Of a stretch of 64,000 nt of DNA, positions 25,561 through 36,665 are shown piece by piece. The position numbers and the translations under genes were made by a program. Location: assembly GCA_016748015.1 (NCBI GenBank), contig JAAOMT010000082.1, positions 48,857 through 112,856 on the forward strand, written 5' to 3'. The DNA comes from Geosiphon pyriformis uo1 (Eukaryota; Fungi; Glomeromycota). Every line of letters begins with the position of its first letter. Within the stretch, counting starts at the first letter, position 1. The notes below the pieces were generated by a model, which was not told the DNA's origin, did not search any database, and saw only the letters and a program-made list of their open reading frames with translations.

Positions 25561-26978
25561 TTAGTTATAATATGTAAAATTGTATTTATTTTAAAGTTTT
25601 ATTTTAGTTAATTTGAAAGTTTTATCTTATTAATAACAAATTAATAAAATTTCTGAAATTAATAATTGTTATAATAAAATAAAAAATATTTTATTGGTAA
25701 AATTATTATTTAATTAAAGTTTTTGTTATAAATACAGTTTAATATCAAAATATTATTAAAAATTATTAGTTTATAAAACTTATATAATTTTTAATGAAAA
25801 AATTCAAAGCATTAGAACAACATATTATAATATTAGTTATTTTTAAATATCTAATAAAGCCTTATTATTGAATTTAAAAAAATTAAAAATTAAAAATAAA
25901 AATATATGTAATTTTTTATTATAAATAGATTAAGCAAAAAATTAAATTTTCAATAATTTGAGTTTTAACAATTTTAAACAAAATAAATTATTATTAAATA
26001 TAATTTATAAGTAATTATAAAAATTGCTAATTATGATGATTAAATAAATATAATTATTTTACATAATTACAAATTATCATTATTTATCTAAAATCTAATA
26101 AAAAACAATTACAAAATATCAAGTAAAATTTTTTTAAAACCAAAAAATTTCTTTTCAGTAGAATTATATTTCAAATAAATATAACTAAATTAATTATAAA
26201 TTGAATATTTAAGTAAATAAGTTCGATTTAAGTTAACAAAGTATTAATATTATTCAAAGCAAATATCTAATTACAGCATTTTTTGAACTTTTTTTTTGAA
26301 TTAAAATAAACAATTGCATATTTAATTCTTATATAAATAATAAAATTCTTTTTAAAAAACAATTATTTTTTAACTAACTTTAAAAATTTTCAGAAAATAT
26401 AAGCATCTGTGTTTAAAAATAAAATAATAAACAAAACTTAATATTTGGTTTTTTTCGTTAAAAGTCTTATTTATATTAATTTTAGTAATATATATAGTAT
26501 TTTTTTAATTAAAACAAACTATTTAAAAGCTACTAAATTAGTTTGGCTTAATTTAATAAATTCAATAACAATTTTTTGCCAAAACCAATAAATTACAGTT
26601 TAATTAACACAACTTGACTAAATTTAAAAAACCAATTATATAGCTATTTTCAAAGTATTAACTGAAATTTTTTAATAATTATTTCTTAATTTGTGTAAAT
26701 TTTACATGTTTAAGATTAGTTTTTGTAATTACATTATTTTTTCAGCCAATTTTTTTGTCTTACTAAGTTAAATTCAAATATAAATAATATTTTTATTTCA
26801 TAAAATTCTAAAAAAAAACTATTTACTAAAAATATTTTTCAGCTATTTGCAATTTTTTACCAACTTTTTTTATTGTTAACAAATTTATATTCAAAGTAAA
26901 AAATTTTTAACAGTAATTTCAATTTTATTTTGATAAAAAACATTAATAAAATCTATATTTCAATTTCTATTTTGAGAA

Positions 26979-27023
<45 letters not shown>
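26979..27023. repeat. (TTA)n microsatellite, ~15 units
   Basis: Perfect TTA run. Confidence 0.95.
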
Positions 27024-27094
27024 CTAAATTAAAACTGGTTTTCTTAATATAATATTTTTTAATATTTTTAATATTAAGTTTAATTTTTATTTTT

Positions 27095-27240
27095 AATTTT
27101 TTTATTATTATTAAATTTAATAAGTTTAGTTCAATTATTATCTAAAAACATATAATTATATAAAATTCTATATTAAATATAACTTATGATTTTTTTATAC
27201 ATGACCAGCCACTTGGATTAATTAAAACAGCACTAAACAT
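27095..27240 (-). mobile_element. Orphan LINE-type 3' end (stop codon and 3' UTR) cut by the Gypsy-B LTR
   Basis: Minus strand TAGTGCTGTTTTAATTAATCCAAGTGGCTGGTCATGT matches the 3' UTR at 48443-48480. Confidence 0.75.
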
Positions 27241-28109
27241 TGTTACAGATGTTTATTTAGGGTCTCAAAACAAATAATAAATCCGTAACTTGGTGCTTGG
27301 TTGGTATTCTGGTGTTGATCTCTGAAGGTTTGATTAATCTGAAAGTTTTGTTGCAGAGTTTTTTGTATAATAGACAGAGATTTTAATAGTTGTTTCAGTA
27401 GCCTCCTGGAATTGCAATTTCATCAAATTTCTTTCTCAGCATGGTGGCTGGTAATCCTCCTGGTAAGCTATTCTCAAATTTATGAGTGTTCTATCTTTGT
27501 TTTACGGGTTTTTTACCAGTCTCTATGACATCTGTAACTCAGTGCTTTAATTTTTAATCAATTAGTCAACCAACAAGAAATACAAAAGAAATAAAAAAAA
27601 TAAAAGAAGATAAAGAAATAAACAAAAACAATTGCAAATTAGTATCCTGTCAATAGCCATGATTAAGAGCTATTGTTCCAATGTAGTTAAGTATTAATTA
27701 CTATTAACATAAAGTATTAATAATGGAAAGTGAATTGAGATAATGAATAATTATTTATTAATATTTGTAAATGGAAGGTTGCTTAAATCAGATCTAAACT
27801 AAGAGGTCTCTAACTAAAAAAATTCTGTTTTTTTTTCTCCTTTTAACACTACTGCTATATATACATAATTGAGATTCTTTGATTCCTCAATTTCTCACAC
27901 CAGGAATTTTGGAATTTCCAGAATCCTGCAATTCTTCTTGAGAGAAATCCTGGAATTCTGGAATCCTGTAATTCCTTATACAAAAATTCTGAAATTTCTG
28001 GAATTCTGCAATTCTTCTTGAGAGGAATCCTGGAATTCCACATTTACTACAGTTATTTCTAATTGGCTAATTTATACTAATATATATTTTTTATATTCTA
28101 TGAGTAATA
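27241..28109 (-). repeat. Gypsy-B 3' LTR (869 bp)
   Basis: Minus strand TATTACTCATAG (decayed TGTTACTCATA)...CATCTGTAACA; directly preceded by the PPT at 28110-28125. Confidence 0.85.
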
Positions 28110-28123
28110 TTATTCCCTTCTTT

Positions 28124-28783
28124 TTAATATTGAGCTCTGTTGAGATTTTCCAAATCTCCTAACTCTAATTCTCTGTTTTTGAGTATTTTTTGAACTTCTT
28201 TTTCGAGAATTACTTGAGTTATTTTGTTTTGTAATTCTTCAAATTGGGTGTTGGTTATTTTTTCCATTTGGTTAACTGTAATGGAGTCCATTTCCAGATT
28301 GAGTAAAATTTCCAGTCTGTCTTGGAATCCAACATGCAATTAATAGATGGCTCTTGCTTGTGTTGTTAGATTGTTTTTGCCCATAAATTGTTTTAGTTGT
28401 TGCAATATTGTTGTGTCAAATAATTGTTTTGTTTTATCCATATATAAGTTCTGAATATTCAAGTGTCATCTTAAATGAAAATAATAAAAGTTTCTTGGAA
28501 ATTCGTGTATCCATCATTTCCAAGTTTTTTTGGTCAACTCTTGATATGTGGTGACAATTGTTGGTTCTTCTATTGTTAATTTTATTTTTAGAACTATTTT
28601 GTTGATAGTGTTTTCTGTTTTTCTTTGACTTTTGTATTTGGGTATCTTTCTGGTATCTCAGTATTTAATAATTTGTTGATTGATAGTAATTTCCATATTC
28701 TGTTGTTGAATCAATTGGAAGATTTGTTGTGCTAATTAGTGGATGTTGTCAGTGATTTCCATTTTTCTGAAGTCTTCTGTCAT
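28124..28783 (-). pseudogene. Gypsy-B ORF3 (post-integrase ORF of unknown function)
   Basis: Reading through stops: HEFPRNFYYFHLR*HLNIQNL...ARAIY*L...EILLNLEMDSITVNQMEKITNTQFEELQNKITQVIL; homologous to Gypsy-A ORF3. Confidence 0.7.
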
Positions 28784-30439
28784 GTCTACTATGTTCTTAT
28801 ATCTTTTTTTTATTGTTCAATTTTATGTGTTTGGTCCAATGATTATGATTGGTTCCAGATCTCATGGAATTTCATTTGGTTGGACTAGTATTCTTTATAC
28901 TCCTAATTGTGAAATATTACTGGTAGATGGTAACACTATATAGTAATATGATTTTAGTCAATTACCATCTGCTGCTTTGGTTAAGATTTTGTTGTTCAAC
29001 CTTAATTTGTAAGCTCCATTTCTAAGAATTTCTTCTATGTGAAATGGTCTGTTCTATTTTAAGTCAAATTTTCTACTCCATTGTTTTTTTGCTTTAATAC
29101 AATGTAAAAATACTTTGTTTTTAATCTTGAATTCAACTAGTTTATCTGGTAGTTGGTTATCATGTCTTTTTTTTTGTTTTTTTTGTGACTTTTGAATGTT
29201 ATTAACTGTTTTTTGCTGTTTGTTTTCTAGTGTTTCCATTAATTCATATGTTCTTCTTAGCAATGTTTCTTGAAAATTGTCTTCTATTATTGGTTCTATT
29301 GGATAAGTGTTGACTTTTATCTCAACTGGTAATGTTGCTGTTCTACCATATACTAATTCAAATAATGTTGCTTGTATAGTGTCTTGTTTCATTGTCCAAT
29401 AAGCAAATAATACTAATGGTATGAACAATTCTCATTTGTCCTGGTTTTCTTGGCTGATTTTGGCAATGACTTTACACAATGTTCTGTTAAATTTTTCAAC
29501 TAGCTCATTTGTTTATAGATAGTATGGTAATAATAATGGTCTTTTTATCCCAAATCTTTGACTTAATTCTGTCAATGTTCTATTCACAAAGTGTGTTTTT
29601 TGATCTGATAATAGTTTTTTTGGACATCTGTGTCGACAGATCAAATCTTGATGAACAAATTTGGCAACAGATTCTGTATCTGCTCTTTGAATGGCTTTTG
29701 TTTTTGGCCATTTGGTGAGATAGTCTATAGCTACTGTAATATATCTGTTGCTTCTATTGGTAATTGTTAATGGTCCAACTAAGTTAATTCCAATGCAATC
29801 AAATAGTTGTCCCACTTTGATTGGTCTTAATGATTCACTGGATTTTGTTCCATCTTTTCTCTGACAACATTACAATTTTGAACATATTAGATGATGTTTG
29901 AATATATTAATGACCAATAATATCTCTTTCTGGTTTTTTCCATAGTTGCTTCTTTATGAAAATGTCCTGTTGTTGGATCTGAGTATATGTTAAATAATAT
30001 TGTCTCTTTTTCTGGTTCTGTAATTACTCTGGTTGATTGATCTGGATTTTCTTTGTTCTTCTAATAAAGTATATTTTAATGGTTGATAAAATATTTTAAT
30101 TGCTGTTTTATGTTGTTTTATTCTTTTTAAGATAATTTCTCCTTGAACAATTGAGTATTTATATAATATTAGAGTTGTTGGTATTTTTGTATATTCATGT
30201 TTTGTTATATTTTTGGGTTGAAATGTTTTTTTAGATTTGTCTTATTTGTGACAAACCATCAGCATTTCTATTGTTTTTTCCTTTTTTATAATGTACTGTA
30301 TAATTGAATAGTAAAAGTTCTATTTTCTATCTGGCATGGCGATCGTCTCTAAATTTTTGCTTCTAGATTGAAGTCAATCCTTTGTGATTAGTGTACATAT
30401 CAAATTTTTGACTCAAATACTCTTTCCACTTGATGACAG

Positions 30440-31425
30440 TGTTACCGGAGGTTTTTGGTCTCTTTTCTGTAATATTGTTGATACTTATTTGCTGTGAATT
30501 CACGTTTTCTGGATGTGATTGAACCTCCAGTAACTGAATTTTTAACTTCAAATTATCTCCTATAATTTGAACTTGCTGGGCTTATAAGTGGAATGACCAA
30601 TTCCGTGCCAGTTGCTTTATGTAGTTATATTGTAATAAACGTCAACTCTTTTTCAGGAATTGCTCATCTGGAAGCTCACTAAAAAATGTGTAGTTACTTT
30701 GCTGTGAAAGTCAACTCTTTTACAAGAATCTTGTCTGTAGACTACCCTAATGATTGTAATAAGAAAAAAAAAGAAAAATAAAAGAAATGTAAAAGAAATA
30801 GGATTTTTATCAAGGGAAAACGTTTTCTATCCAGGCCTGGAGTCACTAACAGTTTACTGAAATTAATAACTAATCAATTTCGAAATGTTAGTTGGGTTTT
30901 GAGGATTTTCCAAGTACAATAATTAAAGAATTTGGTTTTTTAAATTATTTGATATTTATTTCTTTTTGTGTGTGTAAGAATAGTTCTAAGTAATAAGTCT
31001 AAAGTAAGATACATTTTCTCGAAAAGAGAAGCTCTTCTTTTATACAACTTGTCGTAACACTATTCTATGAACTTGAACTTTGCTATTTTCTACAATTTCG
31101 CTGAACTAAAGATACATTTTGGCAAACTACAAGTTATTTCTGCGAACTATTAGATATTTCGGTGAACTATCAATTATTTCAGCGAATTTCTATAAATTTC
31201 GGCAAACTTTTGAATGTTACATAGTTCAGGGTATTGCATGATTGATCATTGCAATTAGGTTATATTTGTGTTGTGTACAATTTGGGTTATTAATAAAATG
31301 ATAATTTCGGACATTCTTTGCTAATGTAATAAGTGATAATTTGAAACGATAATATATGCTAATTAATAATAGAAATTATGAGATAATTTCATGTTAAATG
31401 ATATCTCTAATTTCATCTGGTAATA
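30440..31425 (-). repeat. Gypsy-A 3' LTR (986 bp)
   Basis: Plus strand TGTTACCGG...CTGGTAATA; colinear with 39103-40019. Confidence 0.93.
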
Positions 31426-32070
31426 TAACCTCCTCCTCAAGACTGAGCTCCGTCGAAGTCCAAGTACTGTCTGTTATTTCCAGATAATAATCCAAAATTA
31501 TTGATGAAATTTGGTCTGAAAATTGCTGAAATTTCAGTTCTGTGACTTTCCAATGTATTAAATCTTCAAAGATTGAAAAATTGGGTTTTGTAGTATGTTT
31601 TCACAGGTGTGGAATAGGTCATAAAGTTTAAGAGCAGCTTTAAGCCTGTAGCGACTGTTTGTTGATCCAGCTGTTGTCTTGAATTCGTTGTGGAGTTGTT
31701 TCTGAATAGCTTCTTTTGTGAGATTTGCTGTTGTAAGTTCCAGTTTCTGTTCATAGAGTGTTTTTCCAATGTGAAAATATCTATAAATTGGAGGATATTC
31801 AGTGTTTTTCTCATTGAGACACAATTGAAGTTTTTGTTGAATTGTAGCATTTGGTGGAATACTAATCGGAGTGAGCATTAGGTTTTCTCTTAAAGCAAGC
31901 TTTAAAAGTTCTGGCAGGTGAATTTCAGTATAACTTCTTGTGTTCTTTTTATACAGGTGATGTTTTTGTGAATTTGGGGCTAAATTTGTAACTTCTTCTG
32001 TTTGGGTATAATTTATGTGGTTTCCAGTAACAGTAATGAATAATTCGGGTATTGTTTTTAAAGCTAACAT
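31400..32070 (-). pseudogene. Gypsy-A ORF3 (env position, non-env); 170 aa open, plus ~50 aa after one stop and one frameshift, running into the LTR
   Basis: ORF 31558..32070; continuation (Q)YIGK/VTELKFQQFSDQISSIILDYYLE...EEEVILPDE. Confidence 0.75.
31426..31440 (-). promoter_or_regulatory. Polypurine tract of Gypsy-A
   Basis: Minus strand TTGAGGAGGAGGTTA immediately before the LTR. Confidence 0.85.
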
Positions 32071-32239
32071 TAGTTTTTGGGATAATTGTTAAATGTTTTG
32101 AGGAATAGTTATTATAAGCAATTGAAAAAAATTATTTTTGGTGTATGGATTTTTATGTTATTTTTGTTTTGTTTTTGTAAGATTGTTTCTAAATTATAAG
32201 AGAATAACTAGTAAAATTAAATTAAGTGTTCAGGTTGGA

Positions 32240-33607
32240 AGGTTGTTCAATGACAACTATTGGTTCTAAGTTTTGGGGAATATCTTCGGGACTGACCAAA
32301 GGGGAATGTGTACCAATTTGTGGAATTAATGGTTCAGGATTGTTTCTGGAATGATAGTGTTTCAAATGATCTTCATGTGCAACTTTTGCTAGGATTTTGT
32401 CATCAAGTCTTAGCTTGTATGATCCATTGCCTAGGACTTCATGGATAAAGAATGGTCCATCCCATTTATTTTCAAATTTTCTACTTCATTGTTTTTTAGC
32501 TTTAGTTCTGTATAAGAGAACTTTGTTTCCAATTTTGAATTTATTGGTAACTGAAGGCAATTTGTCATTATGCTGTTCTTTTTGTTGAGCTTGGGAGTGT
32601 TCAATATGAGTGGTTGCTATTCATCGTTTTCCTTCCAATGTGCTAAGCAGAGTGTAGGCTCTTCACTGAAGCATTTCTTGGAAATTGTTTTCATTGATCA
32701 GTTGTGCTGGGTATGTTTCCACTGTGAAACTAATTGGTAATGTTGCCATCTTTCCATAAGTTAAATCAAATAGTGTGTGTTTTGTGGTATCTTGTTTTAA
32801 TGTCCTATATGCTAGTAATACTGATGGAATAAAGAGATCCCATTCTTGCTCAAAATCGGTTAAGACTTTGGCTAATGACTCACACAATGTTCTGTTAAAA
32901 TGTTCCACAAGTCTGTTTGTTTGTGGATGGTAGGGCGAAGACAGAGGTTTTTTGACATTGAATCGTTCACAAATTTCTTGTATCAGATTGTTCACAAAGT
33001 GTGTTCTCTGATCGGATAAAAGTTCAATTGGACATTCATGTCTACAAATAATGTCTTCGTAGATGAAATTTGCTACTGATTTTGCATCTGCTCATTGCAT
33101 GGCTCTGGCTTCAGGCCATTTAGTAAGATAGTCTACAGCTACTGCAATATAACGGTTTCCTTGAGTGGTGATAGATAGTGGTCTGACTAAATCGATACCA
33201 ACTTTGTCAAAAGGCTGTTCAACTTTAATTGGATTTAAAAGTTCTGTAGGGTGAGTTCCTCCTCTTCTTTGACAACTATCACAAGATTCGACATATTTGT
33301 AAATGTCTTTTCTCATTCGAGGCCAAAAGTAGTATTTTAGTGTTTTTTGGGTGGTGCTATCTTTTCCGAAGTGTGCTGATGAAGAATCCGAGTGCATGTT
33401 GTATAAAATGGTCTCTTTTTCCTGTTCTTGTATTAATCTGAGTGGTTTGGTTGGGTTTTTGAAATTTCGATGATAGATAATGTTGTTGTGTAGAAAATAT
33501 TGTTTGACTTGTTGTTGTAACTGATGTTTTTTGTCTGGGGACCAATCTGTTGGGATTGTTAATGTCTCCAAATATTGTTTGAGATTGTTGTAGTTTTCGG
33601 GGTTCAT
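32240..33607 (-). pseudogene. pol: Gypsy-A integrase (HHCC, core, GPF module)
   Basis: MHSDSSSAHFG..CDSCQRR, VGIDLVRPL, AVDYLTKWPEA, SPYHPQTNRLVEHFNRTL, KWDGPFFI. Confidence 0.93.
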
Positions 33608-33719
33608 TGTTTGTTGTTTTGATGCTGTTAATTCAATTGGGTGTTGGTTTTGTTTCTAATCTTGCCTCATCCTTGAGAGACAATTAATGTTGGTGTGGAG
33701 TTTTCCTGGTTTGTGGTGT

Positions 33720-34900
33720 ATGATGTATCGGTAATTAGCTAAAAATTCTGTCTATTGGGTTTGTTTTGCGTTCAGCTGGGTGTTTTTGTTTTGAAGCCAT
33801 TTAAGTTCAATATTATCAGTAATAATATCGAATTCTTTGGGTCTGAGGTAAAGGTTGAAGTGATGTAGGGCCCAGATTACTGCTGCGGTTTCTAATTCTG
33901 TTGTGGGGTAGTTCTTTTTGGCTGGCTTTAATGTTCTACTAGTATAAGCAATTACTTGCTCATTTCCATTGTCATCTAACTGTAATAAGATGGCACCAAA
34001 GGCAGTATAAAAAGCATCAGTTGCTAACTGGAATTGGTTGCTGAAGTCTGGGTAGGCAAGGATTGGGGCTGTTGTGAGTTTTTCCTTGAGTATTTTGAAG
34101 GCATTTTGGTGTTCTTTTGTCTATTTGTATTTGACATTTTTCATAGTGAGCTGGTTGAGGAGTTTTGCAATTTTTGAGAATCTTTTGATGAATTTTCGGT
34201 AATAGGATGCTAATCCAATAAATCCTCTTAATTCTGTGGTATTTCGTGGAGTCTTGAAGTTTTTGACAGTACTGATTTTTCCAGAGTCTGGTTTAATTCC
34301 ATCTTTGCTAACAATGTGACCAAGAAAAGTTAAACTTGTTTTTCCGAAGTAGCATTTTTCAATGTTCAGTTTCAATCCTGCTTTCCGTAATCATTGAAAA
34401 ACTTCTTGTAGATGAATTAAATGTAGCTCGAAAGATGATGAATAAACATCAGTGTCATCAAGATAAACTACTACTGATTTCCAAAGGAGGCTTTTGTAAA
34501 CAACATCAGTCTTTGGAATGTTGCTGGTGCATTGTATAATTCGAAAGGCATTACATTGAACTCATAATTTCCTCCTTGAGTGGTGAATGCTGTTTTGGGG
34601 TGGTCTTTAGGATCCATAGCAACTTGCCAGTATCCACTTTCTAAATCTAATGTTGAAAAGTATTTGGACTTTCCAAGAGCATCCAACATGTCATCAATTT
34701 GGGGAAGAGGGTAGGCATCCCCAATAGTGACACTGTTGAGTTGTCGGTAATCAACACAAAATCGTATCTTTCCATTTTTCTTTTTAACTAGAACCACAGG
34801 TGAGGCCCATAGGCTTATTGATGGTTGAATAAGCCCATTGTTAAGCATCTGTTATACTTCTTCTTGGATAAATTGGTGACTTTCTGGAGCAACTCAGTAG
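33720..34900 (-). pseudogene. pol: Gypsy-A reverse transcriptase and RNase H
   Basis: WASPVVLVKKKNGKIRFCVDYRQLN, LDLESGYWQV, VMPFEL.NAPATFQR, VVYLDD, FLGHIVSKDG, FQLATDA. Confidence 0.95.
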
Positions 34901-35493
34901 GTTTGTTGTCGCCTGGGTTTGGCATCTCCTGTATAGATTTGGTGTTGAACCAAATCAGTTCTTCCTAAGTCATTGTTGTTTTCGGCGAAGATATCAGCAA
35001 ATTCTGCAATTAGTTTTTTGAGCTGGGTCTGTTGTTGTAGTTCAAGTTGTCCCATGTTGATTTGAGATAGTTTTTCCATAACAACATGGTAGTTTTCAGA
35101 GCTAGGATTTGGGTTGATTTTCAGTAGTGAATGTCTAATAATTTCAGAGAAATCAGGAACTGTTTGGGGTAATTCTTGTTGAAATATATTACTGTGAATA
35201 ACTCCAATTTCTAAATTATTTAATAAAATTATGGGATAATTATTGGGGTTGTAAAAAGTAACTCAGACTTTCTTTGTTTCTTCTGGAATATAAATGTTTG
35301 GGATCAAAATATTATGTTCCAAGCAGACTTGTTCATTGGACTCAAAAATTTGTTGTGTGGTTGTTGGCTTTGTGCAAGTGTAAATTTCTGGATGTTCTCC
35401 AAAGGGTAAGATGGTAATTGGTTGTGGAAGTCTGAGAATCTGGTGGGATTCATTCTGTGTGTTAAGAGCTATATTAACTGAAACTGTGAATCG

Positions 35494-35925
35494 TCCAGTT
35501 GAACCAAAACCTTGGGTTCCTCTATTGCTTTTTCCTAATTGTTCTCTTTGATTGACTAGTTGCAAACCCGAAATGTTGATTAAGGGTAAGTAAATAGCTT
35601 GGGCAATTTTTTCAGCATGTTCGATCTTGAATGGTTTGTCAGTCTCATTTTGAAGCATCACTGTTATGTCTCCAGTATATCCAGCATTGATTATTCCTCC
35701 TCTGACATTGATTCTTTTGCTTGCCAAAGAGGACCGAGAGGCGATTTGAACCATTGCTCCTGGCAGGATTTCGAGTGCAATTTTGAGGTTGATTTTTGTG
35801 AGAGATTTGGGTTTGAGAACAAGAGTATCCTTGCCTGGATATCTTAGGTCATATCCAGCATTAATTTCGTGTGCTTTTTCAGGTTTTATTCCTTGTCCGT
35901 TGTTGTTGAAGTATTTAAGTTGTAA
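35494..35925 (-). CDS. dut: Trimeric dUTPase domain within Gypsy-A pol (between PR and RT)
   Basis: All five motifs: AGYDL, ASRSSLA, GGIINAGYTG (D>N decay), KIAQAI, RGTQGFGSTG. Confidence 0.93.
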
Positions 35926-36045
35926 GGCAGGCTGATTTTCAATAAAATAGATGGGTGTTGTTTCAATTTCTTCCGTTTCTTTAGGTTCTCCAAATTCAAT
36001 TTCATTCTCATCATTTTCGTTAGGCAAGGGGGTACTAAGAGCATA

Positions 36046-36665
36046 GCATTCGGGACACCATTGTTCATCGCAAGGCATAATGCATTCTTCATATAGCCTA
36101 ATGTTCATTTGCTCTAATCATTGAATTTGAGCTTCTTGGGTCGGGTAGGTGTGACTTGCAATTTGGTAATAGACTTTTACTTCATCTTCGTAATTGAATC
36201 CAGCTAATTCATAGTGTATTCAATGTATTCTGCTTCCTTCATTTGACGAACATCTTCTTTGGTAGCTCTATTAATTAATGCCATTGCTAAGTCGAAAATC
36301 ATCTCGGCATCATGAGGGTAGTGATAAAGTTTGTTGAGAGCACTGTTGTATGCTGCATTAAAGGGTGTTCCTCTTTTTATTTTTTCTGAAATTGATAAGG
36401 CATATTGGCAGGTCTGATTGCAAACACTTCCTCTCATTGCTACATCAATCCAATTGCATTCTTCTAATAGCATATCTCCACAAGTCAAACAAGCAGTGTT
36501 GTCCCATTTTCTGCTCCTTTTTATTAGATGGCCCCATCGCTCTCTGTGGCAAGCCTTGCAGTAATAACAAGTGTGATTCTCATATTCTTCTTCAGGTGAA
36601 ATGCAGGCTTCCATTGATGATAGTTTCTTGTGGCAGTCCTTACATTTAAGGGGAATATAGGGGCA
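36046..36665 (-). other. Cys-rich (multiple CxxC) inserted domain between protease and dUTPase
   Basis: CKDC..CYYCKAC..CLTC..C..CNQTC, a helical stretch, then ECIMPCDEQWCPEC. Confidence 0.7.

Larger units (their letters stand above)
27241..30439 (-). mobile_element. Gypsy-B, 3' half of an older Ty3/Gypsy LTR retrotransposon (RNase H end, integrase, ORF3, PPT, 3' LTR)
   Basis: KFDMYTNHKGL (RH), IGINLVGPL..VAIDYLTKWP and LFAYWT..TLFELVYGR (IN), PPT AAAAAGAAGGGAATAA, LTR. Confidence 0.88.

Noticed and set aside
25560-26980. AT-rich tract as centromere, origin or organellar insertion
   Set aside because: No positive evidence; similar tracts here are decayed TEs, but I could not assign this one.
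27855-28043. Repetitive 62-aa ORF; also considered as a CRISPR-like array
   Set aside because: Translation of the U3 short repeats; no unique spacers, no cas genes, eukaryotic context.
30363-30551. 62-aa ORF MKLKIQ...TSI
   Set aside because: Chance in-frame fusion of the Gypsy-A LTR end with Gypsy-B RNase H.
31558-32070. ORF3 as an env gene
   Set aside because: No signal peptide, transmembrane segment or evident cleavage motif, and too short.
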